The position numbers and the translations under genes are program-made. A stretch of DNA of 24,000 bases. Source: Tamlana crocina. GTDB lineage: Bacteria; Bacteroidota; Bacteroidia; Flavobacteriales; Flavobacteriaceae. The stretch is taken from positions 9,918-33,917 of the forward strand of contig CP158972.1 of NCBI GenBank assembly GCA_040429635.1, read 5' to 3'. The notes under the pieces were generated by a model, which ran no database searches, had not been told where the DNA came from, and saw only the letters and a list, made by a program, of their open reading frames with translations. Below are positions 18,762-24,000 of the stretch, in pieces; within the stretch, counting starts at the first letter, position 1, and every line of letters begins with the position of its first letter.

Positions 18762-19235
18762 CTACTGAATCAATTCAGAAGCTTTTTCATACACCAAATG
18801 CGATTCCCAGCCTCTATACAACAGATAATCGATTAATTTTTTGCGTTTCTTAAAAACGTTGCTCTCTTTTATGGAATTGGCTTTTTTTTCGGCTAAACCA
18901 TGGAAAACCTCGATGTACTCCGCATCCGAAATTTCTGCAAGTGCCTCATTTATATTAATTTTGCTTAGGCCCTTTTGCTTAAGCACATAAGCCATTCGGC
19001 CGCGCCCCCATTTCTTAATTCTAAACTTACCGCTTACAAATGTTTTGGCGTAACGCGACTCGTTAAGATAGTTATGCTCTAACAAATGGACCACAATCAC
19101 ATCGATGGCTTCGGGTATCATGTGCATGGCCACCAGTTTTTGCCGCACTTCTTGATGGCAGCGTTCTTGGTACGCGCAGTAGTGCTCCATTTTTTGGGTA
19201 GCTTCCTGTACCGTATATGTTTTTTTGGTTTGCAT
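18762..19235 (-). CDS. recX: Regulatory protein RecX
   Basis: MQTKKTYTVQEATQKMEHYCAYQERCHQEVRQKL...IPEAIDVIVVHLLEHNYLNESRYAKTFVSGKFRIKKWGRGRMAYVLKQKGL is the RecX pattern. The start is the internal Met at 19235. Confidence 0.9.
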   Translation of the reverse strand: MQTKKTYTVQEATQKMEHYCAYQERCHQEVRQKLVAMHMIPEAIDVIVVHLLEHNYLNESRYAKTFVSGKFRIKKWGRGRMAYVLKQKGLSKININEALAEISDAEYIEVFHGLAEKKANSIKESNVFKKRKKLIDYLLYRGWESHLVYEKASELIQ

Positions 19236-19338
19236 AACAAGCCAAAAATAACAATTGTATTGAACAAAAAACAACATATATAAAACCAAATCTATCGTAT
19301 AAGGCTTTGCCTAAATAAAGATTTTAAACTTAACGGTT

Positions 19339-21768
19339 ATGAAAAACATTACTCTTATTCTTGTTGCCCTATTTACTTTTAATTTTGTGGGGGGGCAGAC
19401 CACTTTAGCTGAAGGCGATATTGCTATAACAGGTGTTATAGCAGACAACCCGGATGAATTTTCTTTTGTATTACTTACCGACATACTTGCTGGAACTGAA
19501 ATTCATTTCACAGATTGCGGTTGGTTTGCGACAGGCGGATTTAGAAATTACAATAGTTCCAATGGAAGAATTGGAGAAGGAATTGTCAATTGGACCGCCA
19601 CAACTGATTTATCGTGCGGTACAGAAATAATTATTACTGATACCGGTTCAAATACTCATTCAGCGACAAGTGGGGCTGCTTTAGAAGTTTCTGACACGGG
19701 TTTTAATCTTGCTAGTGCAGGAGATCAAATAATAGCTTTTCAAGGAACGACTGAATCCCCCGTTTTTTTGTTTGCTGTTCATTTTGGAAATGATGTCGGT
19801 TGGACTGATGTAACAGGAACTAATGACAGCGCTGTTCCAGCAGGCTTAACTGAAGGAGTAAATGCCGTTAATTTGGGTAATTTTGACAACAGTAACTACC
19901 AATGTACAGTTACAAGCAACCAAACATTAATTTTAGAAGCCGTTGCCACTGTAAATGCTACCAATTGGTATCAAACCAATTCTAATTCGGCAGTTAACCG
20001 ACCTACTCTTGGCGGTTGTTCTTATACCTGCGACGCCCCCGCAACATGTTTATCTACTGCAACATGGAATGGATCTTGGGTCGGCACTCCAGATTTAACA
20101 ACTGAAGTTACAATATCCGCTCCCTATAACACAGGCGTTGATGGTAGTTTTCAAGCATGCTCTTTAACCGTAGATTCTGGTGCGACCCTTACCGTTAACA
20201 ACGGCACATATATTGAAGTTGAAAACGATGTTACTGTTGACGATGCAAGCTTTATCAATGTTGAAAGCTCTGGTAACTTTGTTCAAAACGACAGCAACGG
20301 TACGTTCAACCTATTAGGCACAGGGCTTGGAAGAGTGATAAAGCAAACACCTCCAAAAGCCGCTTGGTACTATTATACGTATTGGAGCTCACCAGTAACT
20401 AATGAAACCATTGCTGACGCATTCCCGAATGTTGATGGCGACCGTCGTTTTTGGTTTAACGCAGCTAATTTTAACGATGGCAACGGCGATGATATTGACG
20501 ACAATAATAACGACTGGGACTATGCTTTGGGTGGAACAACAATGATTCCCGGAGTCGGCTATGCGTCAACAGAACCGAGATTTCACTTTCCTGGAGGAAC
20601 TGGAACAGCCACTTTTGAAGGCGAATTTAATACTAGAGATATTGATGTAAACATTGATTTAGACCCACTCAACCCCGGTATAAAATGGAATTTTATTGGC
20701 AACCCTTACCCATCAGCTATTGATTTTGTGGCCTTCCATGCTGCAAATTCTTCGGTACTTGAAGGTGTGGCCTATTTTTGGTCGCAGTCTACCCCTCCGG
20801 ATAGATCAAACCCCGGAAACCAAGAATTAAACTTTAGCAATAACGATTATGCAACTTTTACAGTTGGAACAGGTGGTGTAGCAGGTGGTGTAGCTTCCGA
20901 AATACCGACAGGTTACGTGGCCTCTGCTCAAGGTTTTTTCATTCCTGCCATAACGCCAGGAACGGCAACATTTACCAACGCCATGCGAATAGCGAATGGA
21001 ACAAGTAACACTCAATTTTTCAAAGGAGGCAATAAATCGAAAAGAACCAATGCCCGAAACCCTTTAGAAAACAGGTTGTGGGTAAACCTAACTTCGGATA
21101 ACGGCGTGTTTAATCAAATATTGGTTGGTTATGTTGACCATGCCTCCAATGAAAACGATGGACTCATGTACGATGCACCAAAGTTACTTACACCAGACCT
21201 CTCAACGGTATTTTATTCTTTGATGGATGATGATGCAACAAAATACGTTATTCAAGGAAAAGAGATAAATAGCATTAACGAAGATGAAACCATCCAACTT
21301 GGTTTTAAAACCAAAATCAACGTAGCCACACTTTACACCCTATCGATTGCAAAAATGGAGGGCGACTTTTTAAACAGCCATTCGGTGTTTGTAAAAGACA
21401 ACTTATTGAATAAAGTACACGACTTAACGGTTTGCGATTATACCTTTACTTCCGAAACGGGCGAATTCAATAACCGTTTTGAAATTGTATTTAAAGCCGA
21501 CGCGCTTTCAACCGCCAATGCTTTGGTAAACCCAAGCCAATTAAAAATCGTAGAACTTGAAAACGACAACGTACAGTTTACCGCTCCCAACGGATTAGGT
21601 ATTAAAACCGTATCGTTGTTCGATTTGTTTGGTCGCCAGCTTTACCAATTTAACGGTCAAAACGATAGCGAAGTGTTTAACCTATCTAACTTAAACAGTA
21701 CAGTGTTTGTGGCTAAGGTTGTGCTTTCCAATGGCACGGTTATTAGCAAAAAGGCGATAAAAAAGTAA
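19339..21768 (+). CDS. Large secreted protein with a C-terminal type IX secretion (T9SS type A) sorting domain
   Basis: Signal peptide MKNITLILVALFTFNFVGGQ. The C-terminus VSLFDLFGRQLYQFNGQNDSEVFNLSNLNSTVFVAKVVLSNGTVISKKAIKK matches the T9SS type A pattern. Confidence 0.85.
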   Translation: MKNITLILVALFTFNFVGGQTTLAEGDIAITGVIADNPDEFSFVLLTDILAGTEIHFTDCGWFATGGFRNYNSSNGRIGEGIVNWTATTDLSCGTEIIITDTGSNTHSATSGAALEVSDTGFNLASAGDQIIAFQGTTESPVFLFAVHFGNDVGWTDVTGTNDSAVPAGLTEGVNAVNLGNFDNSNYQCTVTSNQTLILEAVATVNATNWYQTNSNSAVNRPTLGGCSYTCDAPATCLSTATWNGSWVGTPDLTTEVTISAPYNTGVDGSFQACSLTVDSGATLTVNNGTYIEVENDVTVDDASFINVESSGNFVQNDSNGTFNLLGTGLGRVIKQTPPKAAWYYYTYWSSPVTNETIADAFPNVDGDRRFWFNAANFNDGNGDDIDDNNNDWDYALGGTTMIPGVGYASTEPRFHFPGGTGTATFEGEFNTRDIDVNIDLDPLNPGIKWNFIGNPYPSAIDFVAFHAANSSVLEGVAYFWSQSTPPDRSNPGNQELNFSNNDYATFTVGTGGVAGGVASEIPTGYVASAQGFFIPAITPGTATFTNAMRIANGTSNTQFFKGGNKSKRTNARNPLENRLWVNLTSDNGVFNQILVGYVDHASNENDGLMYDAPKLLTPDLSTVFYSLMDDDATKYVIQGKEINSINEDETIQLGFKTKINVATLYTLSIAKMEGDFLNSHSVFVKDNLLNKVHDLTVCDYTFTSETGEFNNRFEIVFKADALSTANALVNPSQLKIVELENDNVQFTAPNGLGIKTVSLFDLFGRQLYQFNGQNDSEVFNLSNLNSTVFVAKVVLSNGTVISKKAIKK

Positions 21769-21775
21769 ACTTTTC

Positions 21776-21817
21776 AAGACCTGATAGATTTTAAAAATCT
21801 ATTAGGTCTTGTTTTAT
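21776..21817 (+). terminator. Rho-independent terminator after the T9SS protein gene
   Basis: AAGACCTGATAGATTTT/AAAATCTATTAGGTCTT long stem, followed by GTTTTATT. Confidence 0.8.
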
Positions 21818-22055
21818 TAAACACAACTAATTCTCACGTTACTCCTCAGAACTGTAAGGATTAAATAACTCGATGAATGTTTTTAAACCTGTAGTTTGCC
21901 AATTAGAGCGTTTTTAAGTGGGTTGGTAGTAGATTAACAACTCCACATCTCTGTGGCTCCCCTTAAGGGGCAATTGCTGTGTGTTCTAACTACACCTTGC
22001 TTTTAAAATAAGGATTCCTATGGTTTCGTATCTGACGCTTTTAGGTTATGAGTGG

Positions 22056-22090
22056 TGTCCCTTGAGGGGACTTTAGGGGTGTTTTTCAGT
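22056..22090 (+). repeat. Left terminal inverted repeat of a putative DUF559 cassette
   Basis: TGTCCCTTGAGGGGACTTTAGGGGTGTTTTTCAGT contains palindrome GTCCC-TTGAG-GGGAC. Confidence 0.65.
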
Positions 22091-22447
22091 CAATTCTTTT
22101 ACGGTTTCTTCAATAACCAACAGAACACTAAACATATTATTTTTGACCTCGTCGTTGGTAAACCTTAAAAACTTTACACCATAGGCTTCTAATTCGGCTT
22201 GTCGTTTTGCATCATACAAAAAGGAATGGTCATGACTTTTTCCATCAATTTCTATGGCCAAGCCGATTTCGTGGCAATAAAAATCGGCAATGTAGTTTAA
22301 CATAGGAACTTGTCGATGAAACTGAACACCAAACGCACGTTGTTTAATCTTTTGCCATAATAACACTTCTGGTAAGGTGCTATTTTTTCTTAACTGCCTT
22401 GCTAGTAGTTTTAACTTTGGGTTGTATGGAATTATTTTGTTTCTCAT
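22073..22447 (-). CDS. DUF559 domain (Vsr/PD-(D/E)XK-like) endonuclease-domain protein
   Basis: LRKNSTLPEVLLWQKIKQRAFGVQFHRQVPMLNYIADFYCHEIGLAIEIDGKSHD...RQAELEAYGVKFLRFTNDEV matches the DUF559 family signature. Confidence 0.9.
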   Translation of the reverse strand: MRNKIIPYNPKLKLLARQLRKNSTLPEVLLWQKIKQRAFGVQFHRQVPMLNYIADFYCHEIGLAIEIDGKSHDHSFLYDAKRQAELEAYGVKFLRFTNDEVKNNMFSVLLVIEETVKELTEKHP

Positions 22448-22452
22448 TTTTT

Positions 22453-22484
22453 ACTGACACCCCTGTAGTCCCCTCTAGGGGACA
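22453..22484 (-). repeat. Right terminal inverted repeat of a putative DUF559 cassette
   Basis: ACTGACACCCCTGTAGTCCCCTCTAGGGGACA. Its reverse complement, TGTCCCCTAGAGGGGACTACAGGGGTGTCAGT, aligns with the left repeat. Confidence 0.65.
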
Positions 22485-22598
22485 TTTTAGCTTGTTTGCG
22501 AATATTTTTTCTGTAAATATTTCAAACAATAGAATTTTTAAGGCAATTGATTTTTCAAGTCTGAGTAGTGTCCCCTGGACGGATAGGAATGTTAAAAC

Positions 22599-24000
22599 CT
22601 AATGCGCCTCCAACCAATCATTACCAGTCCCTAAATCAACATCCAACGGAACAGCAAGTTTATAGGCGTTTTCCATTTCGGTCTTTACTAGGCTTTTAAT
22701 GGTGTCGAGTTCGGGTTTGTAAACATCAAAAACCAATTCGTCATGTACTTGCAGTAACATTTTAGTTTTAAAATCGCCTTCATTCAATTTTTGGTGAATA
22801 GCAATCATGGCCAGTTTAATAATATCGGCAGCACTCCCTTGAATGGGGGCATTTACGGCGTTGCGTTCGGCAGCACCGCGCACCACGGCGTTTCTGGAAT
22901 TGATGTCCTTTAAATACCTACGACGGCCCAAAACCGTTTGCACATAACCATTATCGCGGGCAAAATCCACTTGGGTGCTGATGTATTTTTTAAGTTTAGG
23001 ATAGGTTTCGTAATAGGTGTCGATTAATTCTTTGGCCTCGCTTCGCGATAAATCCGTTTGGTTGCTTAGACCGAAAGCGGAAACCCCATAAATAATTCCG
23101 AAGTTTACCGTTTTGGCATTGCTACGCTGCTCGCGCGTTACTTCGGCAATAGGCACATTAAACACTTTTGAAGCTGTGGAAGCATGAATATCTTCGCCGT
23201 TTTTGAAAGCCTCAATCATGGTTTCTTCTTCACTTAAAGCGGCTATGATGCGAAGTTCAATCTGGCTATAATCGGCAGCCAACAGAATATAATCTTCATT
23301 TCTTGGCACAAAGGCTTTCCGCACTTGTCGGCCACGTTCGGTACGGATGGGGATGTTCTGTAAGTTGGGGTTGTTGCTACTTAAACGTCCCGTAGCGGCA
23401 ACCGTTTGCATGTAGTCAGTGTGTACGCGTCCCGTTGATGGATCTACCTGCAAAGGGAGTGCGTCCACGTAGGTGCTCTTTAATTTTGAAAGCCCCCTGA
23501 AATCCAAAATTTGCTGAATGATGTCGTGGTCTTTGGCCAAGTAGCTTAAAATATCCTCGGATGTGGCGTATTGTCCTGTTTTTGTTTTTTTTGGTTTATC
23601 CACCAATTTCATTTTTTCAAACAAAATGATGCCTAACTGCTTTGGGGAAGCAATGTTGAATTCTTCACCAGCAGCTTCATAAATGCTTTTTTCAAGACTG
23701 GCAATGTCGTTATTCAATTGCTCCGAAAGGGAGTTTAAAAAGTCTTTATCTAAATTGATGCCCTCCAATTCCATAGCGGCCAAGACGCGCAGCAACGGAA
23801 TTTCAATATCATCAAACAAGGTTTGCGTATTGGCCTCGCCCAATTCATTTTGAAAATGTTCTTTGAGCTGAAGGGTGATATCGGCATCCTCAACGGCATA
23901 TTCGGTTTGTTGTTCCAAAGGCACCTCGCGCATCGATAGCTGATTTTTACCTTTTTTTCCAATAAGGGTTTCAATGGAAATGGGCGTGTAGTTCAAATAG
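22599..24000 (-). CDS. polA: DNA polymerase I (5' end outside the window)
   Basis: LLAADYSQIELRIIAALSEEE, RSNAKTVNFGIIYGVSAFGLS, LLQVHDELVFDV. The frame stays open to the window edge. Confidence 0.98.
   Translation of the reverse strand, partial: YLNYTPISIETLIGKKGKNQLSMREVPLEQQTEYAVEDADITLQLKEHFQNELGEANTQTLFDDIEIPLLRVLAAMELEGINLDKDFLNSLSEQLNNDIASLEKSIYEAAGEEFNIASPKQLGIILFEKMKLVDKPKKTKTGQYATSEDILSYLAKDHDIIQQILDFRGLSKLKSTYVDALPLQVDPSTGRVHTDYMQTVAATGRLSSNNPNLQNIPIRTERGRQVRKAFVPRNEDYILLAADYSQIELRIIAALSEEETMIEAFKNGEDIHASTASKVFNVPIAEVTREQRSNAKTVNFGIIYGVSAFGLSNQTDLSRSEAKELIDTYYETYPKLKKYISTQVDFARDNGYVQTVLGRRRYLKDINSRNAVVRGAAERNAVNAPIQGSAADIIKLAMIAIHQKLNEGDFKTKMLLQVHDELVFDVYKPELDTIKSLVKTEMENAYKLAVPLDVDLGTGNDWLEAH

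Noticed and set aside
22073-22447. DUF559 protein as part of a restriction or phage-defence operon
   Set aside because: No methyltransferase, helicase or partner gene is adjacent. The only distinctive context is the flanking repeats.

Overview
This is a Bacteroidetes/Flavobacteriaceae-like chromosomal window. From left to right it holds: a partial TonB-dependent receptor and an SGNH/GDSL lipoprotein; atpD-atpC; a umuC-umuD pair (umuC upstream, minus strand); a sodium:solute symporter; a small exported DUF3157-like protein; a biotin cluster (bioF - DUF2007 protein - bioD - bioA - beta-ketoacyl-ACP synthase-like - bioB); a cupin/JmjC-like protein; a small outer-membrane protein; recX; a large T9SS-sorted secreted protein; a repeat-flanked DUF559 nuclease ORF; and the 3' part of polA. 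Three observations stand out. (1) A 375-bp DUF559 (Vsr-like) nuclease ORF sits between imperfect ~30-bp inverted repeats that each contain a GTCCC..GGGAC palindrome. The stop codon lies inside one repeat and the start codon abuts the other, which suggests a nuclease-repeat cassette. (2) The biotin cluster is saturated with short REP/RPE-like elements. Two near-identical 22-mers in opposite orientation lie inside the bioF and beta-ketoacyl synthase reading frames and are translated. (3) Three genes (symporter, DUF3157-like, bioA) show one-base reading-frame breaks at or next to short homopolymers, which looks like sequencing undercalls or, less likely, gene decay. No CRISPR array, rRNA or tRNA was recognised.
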